Origin: Octopus sinensis
Taxonomy: Eukaryota
Direction: 5' to 3'
DNA: 64,000 nt
Assembly (NCBI RefSeq): GCF_006345805.1
Contig: NC_043009.1
Location: 46,996,001 to 47,060,000, forward strand
The position numbers were made by a program, and so were the translations under genes. Shown here piece after piece: positions 11,501-23,885 of this stretch; the first letter of the stretch is position 1; the number at the start of each line of letters is the position of its first letter. The notes under the pieces were generated by a model that saw nothing but the letters and a program-made list of their open reading frames with translations, was not told the DNA's origin and made no database searches.

Positions 11501-14500
11501 TTGTGATTTTGGTGCCGCTGCCCTTCAATACATTGTGATTTTGGCACCTTTAGCCTTCCATACTTTGTGATTTTGGCACCGCTGGCCTTCCATACTTTGT
11601 GATTTTGGCAACGCTAGCCTTCCATAGTTTTTTTGGAAAATTTTAACCAAAAAGTTTGCGAAAATTTTACCCAATAATGGCTTTCCATTCATTGGGATTT
11701 TGGAACCGTTGGCCTCCCATACTTTGTGATTTTGGCACCGTTGGCCTTCCATACATTGTGATTTTGGTGCCGCTGCCCTTCCTTACATTGTGATTTTGGC
11801 ACCGTTGGCCTTCCATACTTTGTGATTTTGGCACCGCAGGCCTTCCATACTTTGTGATTTTGGCAACGCTGGCCTTCCATAGTTTTTTGGGAAATTTTTC
11901 ACCAAAAAGTTTGCGAAAATTTTACCCATTAATGGCTTTCCATCCATTGGGATTTTGGAACCATTGTCCTCCCATACTTTGTGATTTTGGCACCGTTGGC
12001 CTTCCATACTTTGTGATTTTGGCAACGCTGGCCTTCCATAATTTTTTGGCTAAATTTTCGGCAAAAATTATCGAAGGAATTTTGCCAAAATTTTCCCCAA
12101 ATACTTTTTCACGAAAGATTTTACCTAAAACTTTTTCGAAAATGTAAACTGAAAATTTGAACCAAATATTTTTCAAAAATTTTCACCGAAAGTTTTACCC
12201 TAAAATTTTTCCAACATTTTCACGAAAAGCCTTTCGGAAATTTAGACGAAAATATTCTCGAAATTTTTTCGAAAACGATGTCGACGTTTATAGACTACAG
12301 CATATAGAGCATATTCGTTATATAGTTTTTAGAAAATGTTAACCATAAATTTTGCCGAAAAATTTATCAAAATTTTACCGAAAATTTTCCCCAAAAATTT
12401 ATCCAAAATTTTACCTAAAATTTTTCACAGAAAATTTTACCGAAAAATTTTTCGAAAATTTTCTCCAATTTTTTCCGAACATTTTATCCGAAAGCGATGT
12501 CGACATTTATAGACTACAGCATATGAAGCATTTCCAAATATGGTTTTTCGAAATTTATCATCAACTCTTTTACCCAAAAATTTTCCTAAAAATTTTTGAA
12601 ATATTTTCATCGAAAATTTTACCCAATAATTTCTCGAAAATTTTCACCAAAAATTTTGCGAAAATTTTACCCAATAATGGCTTTCCATTCATTGGGATTT
12701 TGGAACCGTTGGCTTCCCATACTTTGTGATTTTGGCACTGTTGGCCTTCCATACATTGTGATTTTAGTGCCGCTGCTCTTCCATACATTGTGATTTTGGC
12801 ACCGTTGGCCTTCCATGCTTTGTGATTTTGGCACCGCTGGCCTTCCATAGTTTTTTGGGAAAATTTTCACCAAAAAGTTTGCGAAAATTTTACCCAATAA
12901 TGGCTTTCCATTCATTGGGATTTTGGAACCATTGTCCTCCCATACTTTGTGATTTTGGCACCGTTGGCCTTCCATACTTTGTGATTTTGGCACCGCTGGC
13001 CTTCCATACTTTGTGATTTTGGCACCGCTGGCCTTCCATAGTTTTTTGGGTAAATTTTCGGCAAAAATTATCGAAAGAATTTTGCCAAAAATTTCCCCAA
13101 AAACTTTTTTTAAATTTTCACGAAAACTTTTACCTAAAATTTTTTCGAAATTTTAAACTGAAAATTTGAACCAAATATTTTTCAAAAATTTTCACCGAAA
13201 GTTTTACCCTAAAATTTTTCCAAAATTTTCACGAAAAGTTTTTCGAAAATTTACACGAAAATTTTATCGAAATTTTTCCGAAAACGGTGTCGACGTTTAT
13301 AGACTACAGCATATGGAGCATATTCGTTATATAATTTTAAGAAAATTTTCACCATAAATTTTGCCGAAAAATTTATCTAAAATTTTACCGAAAGTTTTCC
13401 CCAAAAATTTATCCAAAATTTTACCTAAAATTTTACCCAAAATTCTTTCGAAAATTTTCAAGAAAAATTTTACCCCAAAATTTTTTTAAATTTTCACAGA
13501 AAATTTTACCCAAAAATTTTTCGAAAATTTTCAATAAAAATTATGCGAAAATTTAGACGAAAATTTTCTCCAATTTTTTCACCAAAAAGTTTGCGAAAAT
13601 TTTACCCAATTCATTGGGATTTTGGAACCATTGTCCTCCCATACTTTGTGATTTTGGCACCGCTGGCCTTCCATAATTTTTTGGGTAAATTTTCGGCAAA
13701 AATTATCGAAAGAATTTTGCCAAATTTTTCCCCAAAAACTTTTTCTAAATTTTCACGAAAAATTTTACCTAAAATTTTTTGGAAAATGTAAACTGAAAAT
13801 TTGAACCAAATATTTTTTTAAAATTTTCACCGAAAGTTTTACCCTAAAATTTTTCCAAAATTTTCACGAAAAGTCTTTCGAAAATTTAGACGAAAATTTT
13901 CTCGAAATTTTTCCGAAAACGATGTCGACGTTTATAGACTACAGCATATGGAGCATATTCGTTATATAGTTTTTTGAAAATTTTCACCATAAATTTTGCC
14001 GAAAAATTTATCTAAAATTTTACCGAAAGTTTTCCCCAAAAATTTATACAAAATTTTACCTAAAATTTTACCCAAAATTCTTTCGAAAATTTTCAAGAAA
14101 AATTTTACCCCAAAATTTTTTTTAATTTTCACAGAAAATTTTACCCAAAAATTTTTCGAAAATTTTTAATAAAAATTATGCGAAAATTTAGACGAAAATA
14201 TTCTCCAATTTTTTCCGAACATTTTATCCGAAAACGATGTCGACGTTTATAGACTACAGCATATGAAGCATTTCCTTATATGGTTTTTCGAAATTTATCA
14301 TCAAATCTTTTTGCGAAAATTTTACCCAATAATGGCTTTCCATTCATTGGGATTTTGGAACCGTTGACCTCCCATACTTTGTGATTTTGGCACCGTTGGC
14401 CTTCCATACATTGTGATTTTGGTGCGGCTGCCCTTTCATACATTGTGATTTTGGCACCGTTGGCCTTCCATACTTTGTGATTTTGGCACCGCTGGCCTTC

Positions 14501-16080
14501 CTTACTTTGTGATTTTGGCAACGCTGGCCTTCCATAGATTTTTGGGAAAATTTTCGAAAGAATTTTGCCGAAAATTTTTGAAAATTTTTTGGAAATTTTC
14601 ACCAAAAATTTTAGCTAAAAATTTTTCGAAATTTTAACTGAAAATTTTAACCAAATATTTTTCGAAAATTTTCACCCAAAATTTTACCTAAAATTTTTCG
14701 AAAATTTTCACGAAAAATTTTCCGAAAATTTAGACGAAAATCGTCTCGAAATTTTTCCGAAAACGATGTCGACGTTTATAGACTACAGCATATGGAGCAT
14801 ATTCGTTATATAGTCTTTAGAAAATTTTCACCATAAATTTTGCCTAAAAATTTTTCGAAAACTTTGTCGACGTTTATAGACTTCAGCATATGGAGCATAT
14901 TTGTTATATGGGTTTTCGAAAATTTTCACCGAAAATTTTATCCAAAAATTTATCGAAAATATTCACCGAAAATTTTACCCAAATTTCTTCAAAAATTTTC
15001 ACCAAAAATTTTCCGAAAATTTTACCCAAATATTTTTCGAAAAATTTCCCGAAAATGTTCACCGAAAGTTTTACCCAAAAATTTTTTGAAAATTTTGGCC
15101 GAAAATTTCCCCAAAAATTTTTCCAAAATTTCCACCGAAAATTTTACACCGAAAAAGAGAGATGGAGAGGGAGAGAGGCAGAGAGGGTGTGAGAGAAAGA
15201 GTTGGAAATAGACTTATGATCAGACTTGAGGTAAAAGGAGAGAAAGTTGTTGGACCTAAGATAGAAATCGACCAATCAACCAAAAAGCCGACCCACCGAC
15301 CAACCAACCAACCAGCCAACCAACAAGCCGACCCACAAACGAACCAAAATTTTGATGAAAATTTTCTGAAAAGTTTCCAGAAAATTTGATGAAAATTTTC
15401 AAAAACTTTCCAAAATTTTGACGAAAATTACCAAATATTTTTGGAAAAAAGTTTTGGAGGAAATTTTCGAAAATTTTCAAAAAATTTTTAGGAAAGATTT
15501 TCAAAAAATTTTCGAGGAAAATTTTCAGAAACTTTTGGGGAAAATTTTCAAAAAATTTTTGAAAAAATTTTCGCAAATTGTTAGGAAAGATTTTCAAAAA
15601 TTTTTTGAGAAAATTTTCGAAAATTTTGGGGGAAAAATTTCAAAAATTTTCAAAAACCTTTGGAAAAAATTTTCGCAAATTGTTAGGAAAGATTTTCAAA
15701 AATTTTTTGAGAAAATTTTCGAAAATTTTGAGGGAAAAGTTTCAAAATTTTCGAGGAAAATTTTCAAAACCTTTTGAGGAAAGTTTTCAAAAAATTTCTC
15801 AAAAATTTTTGATGAGAATTTTCAAAAATTTTTGAGAAAAATTTCAAAAATTTTTGAGGAAAATTTTCAGAAATTTTCAAAAATTTTTGGGAAAAATTTT
15901 CAAAAATTTTTGGGGAAAATTTTCAAAAATTTTTGAGGAAAATTTTTAAAAAAATTTTCAAAAATTTGAAAATTTTGGAAAAAATTTTGGGGGAAAATAT
16001 TCAAAAATTTTTCAAAAATTTGTGAGGAAAATTTTCAAAAAATTTTTGGGGAAAATTTTCCAAAATTTTTTAGAAAAATT
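8586..16080. repeat. Complex A4T4-rich satellite/foldback-like array (~7.5 kb) with embedded modules
   Basis: Hundreds of AAAATTTT units at ~11-12 bp spacing. About 13 copies of a ~52-bp module (GATGTCGACGTTTATAGACTACAGCATATGGAGCATATTCGTTATAT). Runs of a 32-bp repeat. Polarity flips after ~15150-15345. Confidence 0.9.
9990..14535 (+). repeat. Clusters of a 32-bp tandem repeat GCCTTCCATACTTTGTGATTTTGGCACCGYTG within the array
   Basis: Head-to-tail runs at about 9990-10135, 11455-11625, 11710-11880, 11970-12040, 12715-12850, 12940-13040 and 14370-14535. Runs are usually preceded by AATGGCTTTCCATTCATTGGGATTTTGGAACC. Confidence 0.9.
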
Positions 16081-16665
16081 AGGGACACATCAAACCAACG
16101 GTTGTTCTGTGTTTTCAGCATCTCATTCTGGCAGAAAATTTTCATGTCTGAAAGAAACCAATGCATGTACGGTTGGAGGGGATGCTTGAGTTTGTTCTAA
16201 AGTTTCATAGCGCGGTCTTTCCTCTTGTCCTTGGTGGCTTGGGATAAAAATTGACCCTTTCACATCTTGTATGAGGAATACCGAATGTCTTCATGCACTA
16301 CCTGCCTGATAAGAAACTCAGACACTCCCATGTCTCAGGCGATGGACCTGAATGAGTTTTCCGGGCTGCCGTACCTTCGTAATCCCCATTAGACTCATCC
16401 AACCCTTTCTGAATCCTCTGCACTGTCCTCAGATTGACACTCAAACACTCTGAAATGTTCGTATTGGAGCTTCCGGTTCGAATGCCAAGCAGTACATATC
16501 GTTCCCAAATTTCTGGTAGAGTAAAATCCATCATGATACTGTTTTTCTCACAGACGGTGCCCAACTGACCTTACTGTACTGTGTGATCGACAAAGTCAAA
16601 ACCAAACGCTCATGCGCGAAATTAAAAAATATAAAATTACGACAATTTACCCATCGCACCCTTTA
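16081..16665 (-). mobile_element. Decayed Tc1/mariner transposon 5' part (DD37D/maT-like)
   Basis: Minus-strand translation gives an HTH (NTNISECLSVNLRTVQRI), then DMGVSEFLIRQVVHEDIRYSSYKM...HWFLSDMKIFCQ...TQNNRW, which resembles FSDEK.F...N.QN.R. There are stop codons. TIR-like AGGGTGCGATGGGTAAATTGTC lies near 16660. Confidence 0.7.
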
Positions 16666-16752
16666 TGCATTGTCATATATTATATAAAATGTGTTAATTA
16701 CAAAAATTAATATTTGAATGGTTATTGATTCATGTATGGATATATATATATA

Positions 16753-17870
16753 TTGAGGCTCAAATATTCTCTAATTTCACTGGTCCCACTCCTGAACTAT
16801 ACGGTCGTTACATTGACGACATTATCGGTGCCACCTCACTCCCCCGCGAACATCTAGATTCCTTCCTCTCTTTCGTTCAATCCTTCCATCCAGCCCTCCA
16901 CTACACCTCCACTATCTCCAACACCTCTGTCTCCTTCCTCGACATTTCGGTCAGCATCCATCACTCCACTCTTACCACCTCCATTCACTACAAACACACA
17001 GACTCACACTCATACCTAAACTTCTCTTCCTCCCACCCAGAACACACCAAGCTTTCCATCCCCTATTCCCAATTCCTCCGCCTACGTAGGCTCTGTAGTG
17101 ACGACCATGACTTTGAGACTCAGTCTCAACGCATGGCTCACCACTTCATCCTACGTGGATACCCCCTCACCACTATCCACACCGCCCTTGCCAGAGCACG
17201 TTCCGTAGACCGTGCATCTGCTCTCTCCCCCCGAACCCACCCTGTAGTCTCCCGCCTCCCTTTTCCCCTCACTTACCACCCCACGACCCTACCTCTTCCA
17301 GCATCTCCAGTCCGACCCGTCCACCTCACACCTCTTCCCTAACCGAGCCCTCCCTTCCTTCAAACGAGCCCATAACCTACGAGACCTTTTGGTCCACAGC
17401 TCCTTCCCTGACCCTACCTCCCAACCTGGCTCGTTCCCCTGCTCCCGCCCACGTTGCCGCACTTGCTCTTACCTCTCCAACACCACCCTCCTCACTGGCA
17501 CCCATCATCGACCCTATCGCATCATCAACTCCTTGACCTGCACCTCCAGCAATATTATCTATTGCATCTCTTGCTCTCTCTGCCATTCCCTGTACATCGG
17601 ACAAACGGGACGCCGCTTGGCTGACCGGTTCGCGGAACACCTCCGTGACATCCGCCTTGGCAACGACACACCGGTCTCACGCCATTTCCGCTCCACCGGT
17701 CACTCCTTGCAACACCTGTCTGTGTTCGGTTTATCCTTGCACAGAGGCCATCCGGATTCCCGTTTGCGCCGTGAACAGGAATTAATCTTCTCTCTTCGCT
17801 CTTTTACGCCATTTGGTCTCAACTCTCCCCCCTCCTCATCGAACCCCCCTCTCTTACCCCTCCTCACCTA
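16753..17870 (+). pseudogene. PLE reverse transcriptase-GIY-YIG endonuclease ORF remnant (frameshift/deletion near 17300-17340)
   Basis: ORFs 16725-17342 (RT/thumb) and 17389-17871 (Cys motif and GIY-YIG) are in different frames. Confidence 0.85.
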
Positions 17871-18587
17871 ACCTCCCCCGACCCCTACTTCTCTTCAGTC
17901 CTTTCACCCCTACTCTCTTTCCTCCTCTTCCCTTCTTCCCTCTTTCTTCTTCCCTCTTCCCCTTCCCTCTTTCTCTCTGCTCCCTCACTCCCCTTCTCTC
18001 TCTCCCCCTCCCTCTATCCTCCCTCCTCTTCCCTCCTCTTCTTCCTTCTCACCCTTCCTCCTCCTCACTCATCCCCTCCTCCCTCCTCTTCTCCTCTTTC
18101 CTTCTCCCCCCTCACCCCCCTCATATCATCTCCCCCTCCACCTTCCACCCTCATCTCATCTCACCTCATATCATCTCCCCCTCCACCCTCCACCCTCATC
18201 TCATCTCACCCTCACCCACTCCTTCTTTCCTTCTCCCCTCCTCTCTCTCTCCTCTCTCTCCCCCTTACACCCCCTCCTCCCCCTCTCCCCATCATCTCCT
18301 CTCTCTACACTACACCATACGACATTACACATCACATCATACATACATACATACACACGTCCAGACCTCTCATACGCACTACATACTCTCTCATACACAC
18401 ACACACCCTCACGTTGGGGCGAGGTCATTTGACCCTGTTATCTCCCCTATTTTCGCTCTTCCGTCTCACGTTTGATCTTTGATTTCTGGCCGGAATCATA
18501 TCGCCATGTTGGATCGCTAGCTTCTGCACGCATTTTTTTCTCTCCTTGTTTCTCTCCGTGTTTCTTTTCTGTGTATCTTTCTGTGTA

Positions 18588-18625
18588 TCTTTCTGTTGAA
18601 GAGCGTAGGCTCGAAACGTTAAAGA
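18588..18625 (+). ncRNA. Minimal type-I hammerhead ribozyme-like motif at the Penelope 3' end (A6U variant)
   Basis: UCUUU-CUGUUGA-A-GAGC(GUAG)GCUC-GAAA-CG-UU-AAAGA. Stems I and II are perfect and stem III is the palindrome ACGU. Confidence 0.7.
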
Positions 18626-18721
18626 CTTGTTTAATTTATATTCCTGAGCGCCATATTAATACAATTGTTTGTTTGTATTCCACCTGCCTTCGTCTTTTGT
18701 TTATTTTCATAAAGCTTCTCG

Positions 18722-18756
<35 letters not shown>

Positions 18757-18969
18757 CATGTATGTATGTATGTATGTATGTATGTATGTATGTATGTATG
18801 TATATAAGTTTAGTAATACATGCGCTAATGCATGGCCGTGAAAATTTCTATTAGTATTCGGTCGAATGCGTGTGTGATGTGTAATGACTGGCTGATTAAC
18901 TGGGCATACCAAGTAATCAGTTTAGGCGTATCCTTATAAACAATCATTGAAGTGCCGAGTCAGTTGATA

Positions 18970-19180
18970 TTTTAGAAATGATGGAAATTTCGCACGCAGG
19001 AGACTAGCTGTGAAAACAGTTTAAAAATCGGATAAAATTGCCTTATATACGGAAGAAAGTGACCAACAAGCTGCTATAGAAAATCCAGGGTTCGCTTCTC
19101 TGTAGCAGCTATTTTACACAGTCCTCTAGGCAGTTTTCACAGCTACCCTCCTACGTTCGAGATTTCTTTCATTTCTAAAA
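18970..19180. mobile_element. Hairpin MITE-like element
   Basis: ~48-bp imperfect TIRs (TTTTAGAAATGA...AGCTGTGAAAAC / GTTTTCACAGCT...TCATTTCTAAAA) plus an inner IR AGCTGCTATAGA/TCTGTAGCAGCT. Confidence 0.7.
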
Positions 19181-19819
19181 CAATCCCTGTAGGCTATTGT
19201 AGTTGTTGTATTGCCATGTTGATAGCAGTGGAGAAAGTTTGGAAGTGGTGGCTGTTGCGAAGTATAGCCTTGTCTTGAAAGTGGTTTGCTGAAACAAGGC
19301 TAATTCGACCCAGGGCCAAAAAAAAATTTTCTGTCTTGTGTAAGTTGGTTGGAAGTGGGACACGAATTGTTGGAATGAACTTTCTATCTCTGCTTATGTT
19401 GAAGTGTTAAGTAGACGATTTAATGAGACAGAAGTCGGAAGAGTCTAACAACTTTTTGCACCGGGGTCAGAAAACCTGACCCGAGAGTTGATGCAATGAG
19501 GAGTTAATAACAAAACTGAGCAATAAGAAGGGGGAAAACTAGATAAAATCCATTATAAATGAATCGAAAGTTTAGCGGATCGAATCTCGGTAAGGTTTCC
19601 CCTCAGGCGGTGATTGAAGAATATATTGATATCATTTAATCGACCCGGAAAAGATTTAAAATAATTGTCGACTTCTGTGAGATTTGAATTCAAAGTGTGA
19701 AGGGTTAACTAAAAAAAAAAACCGTTAATTTATTCACGCTCTAACGATTCTGGTGATAAACCGCTAACGCATCGTCTATTTCTTTCAGTATCTAATAACA
19801 ATATCTAATAACTGTCTCA

Positions 19820-20439
19820 GTATCTAATGACAACAATATTTACCATTAAAACAAGCTTGTTTAATCATTGACATGTTTATGAACTGGAAGTCTATGGTTA
19901 CCATACACATTGTTTATTAACAACCAAATGGGGGAGCTTCTATATTATGAAATGACAGTCAGATGTCCGTCCTTCACATCACATCCTTCCAATTTAAAGA
20001 GCAGAAAATATGTGGGGAAGGGCCAATCAGTTAAATGGATTCCAATATCTGAATGGTATTTTATCAAGTCCTGAAAGATGAAAGGCGCACTTGACTATTT
20101 AAACTCAAAACAAAGGTCCTTTATTAAATAACACTGGGTCCTTAGTCTGCTGCTCTAATGATTCTGTCGATTTCACACTATTAACATAGTGTCTATGTTT
20201 ATCATGAAGATGATGTTTAAGTTAATCATTGATGTTTGTTTACACCGAACATGATAGTCACTGTATCTAATAACAATAATATTTACCATTAAAACAGGCT
20301 TGTTTAATCATTGACATGTTTATGAACAGGAAGTCTATGGTTACCATACATATTGTTTACTAACAACCAAATATGGGAGCTTCTATGTTATGAAATAACA
20401 GTCAGATGTCCTTCACATCACATCCTTCCAATTTAAAGA
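19820..20439 (+). repeat. ~180-bp direct repeat pair (19820-20000, 20263-20439)
   Basis: GTATCTAA...TTACCATTAAAACA...CACATCCTTCCAATTTAAAGA occurs twice with scattered substitutions. Confidence 0.85.
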
Positions 20440-21732
20440 AAGGAAGGGTATGCTGGATAATCGGTTAAAGCTTATTTAAGGATGAAGAAACTAAAGGTGA
20501 AAGTAAAGCGCGAAAGAAACGAAAGCGAAACGACCACGATAGTAAAATTAATCCAGTGTGAATGATGCTGCATCCACATGTATATATATATTTATTGTAA
20601 ATGCAAGTGATGTGTTACCAACACATGATCTTGTTCTTGTTGCGGTGTGATGGCTTGCGCGCCTCAATGACCCTGGCAGCTATGCCAGATTTGACAAGAT
20701 CTTGTGGGGCTTTCTATGCTGAACAAGTCAAAATACAAATGCCAGACTCATATGGATCACTGATTCTCAGAGGTAAAAATGAGTTTGCGTAGGACCAACA
20801 ACAACTATTTAGAAAAAAAAGAAAAGAAAAGAAAAAGAAGCAATTGATGAAAATTCAAAACCAACACAAAATGGGAGAGAAAACCTTCCCCTTTGGGAAA
20901 CGTATGACACGGTGCAGCAAAATCCGAATGATGCTAGAAGAGAGAGAGCAGAAATCCAACAGGAGGGAGTAGAAAAGGAAGAAAGTCGTCGATGGTTTGG
21001 GCCCCAAAAAGAGCGAAGACCTAAAGAAGTGATGTATTAAGCTAGTATAGAAGCTGAATTACATCTTTTCAAAATAGTATCCTATGACTTGCAGTTCGAT
21101 GCAGCCTGTCGAAGATGGTAACTATGATCGCTGGTTGGGATTCATATGCCGGATTTGATGATAGAACTTATACATATAAAATTATTAATCACTCATAATG
21201 TTTCGTGAATCCAAATGATGACACTGTTCATAGATCGACTATTGAAGTGAGATGGATGTTTGCAAAGAAAAAAACATAACGATAGCGAGTCCAGCAATAC
21301 TTTCTTCGTTCCTTTTTACATGAACACACTTGAATGCATATTCACGAATCTTATTATAAGTGTGTCTTTATTCTTGTATTCATTTATTGGTTTTAGCCAC
21401 AGGACTACGGCCATACTGGAGCAACCTGGTACTAATTTTATCGATCTTTAATTGTTGAAACGCTAAGTTATAGCGTATAAAGGTACATAACAAAAACAAC
21501 AAGACCGATTTTATACATACATACATACATACATACATACACACATACATATATATGCATGTACGTACGTGCATACGTACGTGCAAACATACATGCATAC
21601 ATACATACATACATACATACATACATACATACATACATACATACATACATACATACATAAACAAATATACTTTCATACACACACATACGTGAATACATAC
21701 TAAATACAAACAAACGTTAAGTCATTCACACA

Positions 21733-21942
21733 TACAAGGGTATGCCGAAAAGAAGTTCCTGGCTTTGGGTAAAAAAGAAAATACAGGAGTGTCACTAAAT
21801 TATAATTTTATTCAACATATTTCCGTCTCAGATTAACATGCTTATTGTAGCTGTTCTTCAGTTTTTTCTAAATCCTGTAAAAGAACTCAGAAGGTTGGTC
21901 TTCCAACCAGGCCTTTCACGACACCCTTAAACCCAAGAACTT
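21733..21942 (-). mobile_element. Non-autonomous mariner-derived element
   Basis: Reverse complement of the family at 45140-45348. Confidence 0.6.
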
Positions 21943-22020
21943 CATGTACAGTAATAAGCGAGAATTTGGGGATACATAAAAAGTGATGGTTCAAGAAAGT
22001 TTGTTAAATTTGAGGGTAAC

Positions 22021-22390
22021 TTGAATAGTGCCATCCAGCTGCTGAAGGACAATTTGATACGAGATTTGGATGAAGGTGAGATTTTTCAACTTGACGGAGC
22101 TCCATGCCACAGATTGCATGTAACACAACAGAGTCTGGCTGATGAAGGCGTTATTGCATTGAAATATTGGCCAGCTGAGAGCCCTGACTTAACTATCATC
22201 GAGCAAATGTGGACAGAACTAAAGAGAAGGGTTCGTCAGAAGAATCCACACAGTCTTGAAGAATTGTGGGAACTCAGCCAAAGAGAATGACATCTCATAT
22301 TTGTGAAAATGGTGAAGGATTTGTACATGTCTCTTTTTAAGTCCACTGAAGCAATTATTCAAGCTAAGAGAAGCCAAACGAAATATTTTC
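22021..22390 (+). mobile_element. Tc1-type transposase C-terminal remnant
   Basis: IFQLDGAPCH...WPAESPDLTIIEQMWTELKRRV...LEELW...DLYMSL...IIQAKRSQTKY, with a stop at 22288-22290. Confidence 0.85.
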
Positions 22391-22505
22391 ATTGTAGATA
22401 TTTTTCTGTTTCAAAACACTGTGTGTGTGTGTATTATATATATATATATTTGTTCCACGTCCTCGCGTTGTTGTGTTTTTTTGTGCTTTCTTGTTTGGAT
22501 TAACG

Positions 22506-22540
<35 letters not shown>

Positions 22541-22638
22541 TATATTTTGATAAGCATAACAAATGCGCAACGGTAAAAGAACTTTCACCTTATTAAATTA
22601 CTTAAATTACTTCAATTATTTGTCAGCATTTCTTCATT

Positions 22639-22643
<5 letters not shown>

Positions 22644-22715
<72 letters not shown>

Positions 22716-22965
22716 TGTATGTATGTATGTATGTATGTATGTATGTATGTATGTGTGTGTGTGTGTGTGTGTGTCTGTGTTTGTCTCCCTCAACATCGCT
22801 TGACAACCGATGCTGGTGTGTTTACGTCCCCGTTACTTAGCGGTCCGCCAAAAGAGCCCGATAGAATAAATACTAGGCTTACAAAGAATACGCCCTGGGG
22901 ACGATTTGGTCGACTAAAAGCGGTGCTCCAGCATGGCCACAGTCAAATGACTGAAACAAATAAAA
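22644..22965 (+). mobile_element. SINE family A 3' half preceded by a (TA)(TATG)(TG) microsatellite
   Basis: CAACATCGCTTGACAACCGATGCTGGTG...GGTGCTCCAGCATGGCC...ACTGAAACAA. Confidence 0.85.
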
Positions 22966-23587
22966 GAAGAAAAGAAAGAATATATATAACTACTTATATG
23001 AATAAGCGTTTCCTCCAATTCTCTCGCTGGAGAAAATACGTTTGAATAGAGAATCGAACAAAAAACGTGCTTAAGGTAGTAAAATGTAATAAACTGCTCG
23101 AAAATAACATTCCATTTCGAGTTTAATGTTGGTATTACATTATTCAAGGCTATTTGAATATTGTAGGACCATGAGAAACTCTTTCAACCTTGACAAAGAA
23201 AAAAAAATGAAAAAAATAACGTGCGTAATAGCTATTCAAGGGAAGCTACTCTGTTTGTCTTTATTGATATTTATAAGAGTAGCTTCCCTTAACACAATTT
23301 TTTTAGTATTCATTTTTTTTGTATTTATGAATCGAAACCGTTGTAAGAAGGTGCACCCCAGCAAACAATGAAGATCCAACATAACCCTACTGCAACTTTA
23401 ACATTTTCTCTATTTTTTTTTTATGTAATGAGAAGAACTGGGTGATATATTAGTACATTAAAGATATTTCTTTGTGTTTATTTTATGCCAAGGATATTTA
23501 AGGTAAGGGAGATAATCAAGGAGTAAACGAATATTTAACTGTTCTATAGTATCATTTATCTTTTGTTTCAGTCATACTGGGGCACCA

Positions 23588-23885
23588 CATATATATACTA
23601 CTCACATACATACATGCATGCATGCATACATATGGACATACATACATACATACATACATACATACATACATACATACATACATAGTTGCACACTTATACA
23701 AATATATATATACTACTCACATACATACATGCATGCATGCATACATATGGACATACATACATACATACATACATACATACATACATACATACATACATAC
23801 ATACATAGTTGCACACTTATACAAATATATATATACTACTCACATACATACATGCATGCATGCATAGATATGGACATACATGCAT
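23588..23885 (+). repeat. Tandem repeat of a ~115-bp unit containing (CATA)n, about 2.5 copies
   Basis: TACTACTCACATACATACATGCATGCATGCATACATATGGACA recurs three times. Confidence 0.85.

Larger units (their letters stand above)
16753..18722 (+). mobile_element. Penelope-like retroelement (Neptune-type), 5'-truncated and internally deleted
   Basis: RT with YGRYIDDI and FLDISV, then YKHTDSHSYL and IPYSQFLRLRRLCS. Cys linker PCSRPRCRTC. GIY-YIG NIIYCISC...LYIGQTGRRLADRFAEH...REQELI...PFGLN. Long CT-rich 3' region. Both ends abut (TA)n. Confidence 0.92.

Noticed and set aside
11455-13040. 32-bp repeats as a CRISPR array
   Set aside because: The repeats are directly head-to-tail without unique spacers, there are no cas genes, and the context is eukaryotic.
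9591-15835. Many K/F/I-rich ORFs on both strands
   Set aside because: They are translations of the A4T4 array. Their mirror-image identity only reflects inverted repeats.
17813-18475. 220-aa Pro/Leu/Ser-rich ORF
   Set aside because: It is the CT-rich 3' tract of the Penelope element.
22139-22175. CTGATGA...GAAA as another hammerhead (also CTGATGA at 8585 and 38448)
   Set aside because: There is no properly placed stem II or III. These sites lie in transposase coding sequence, the array edge and a Helitron.
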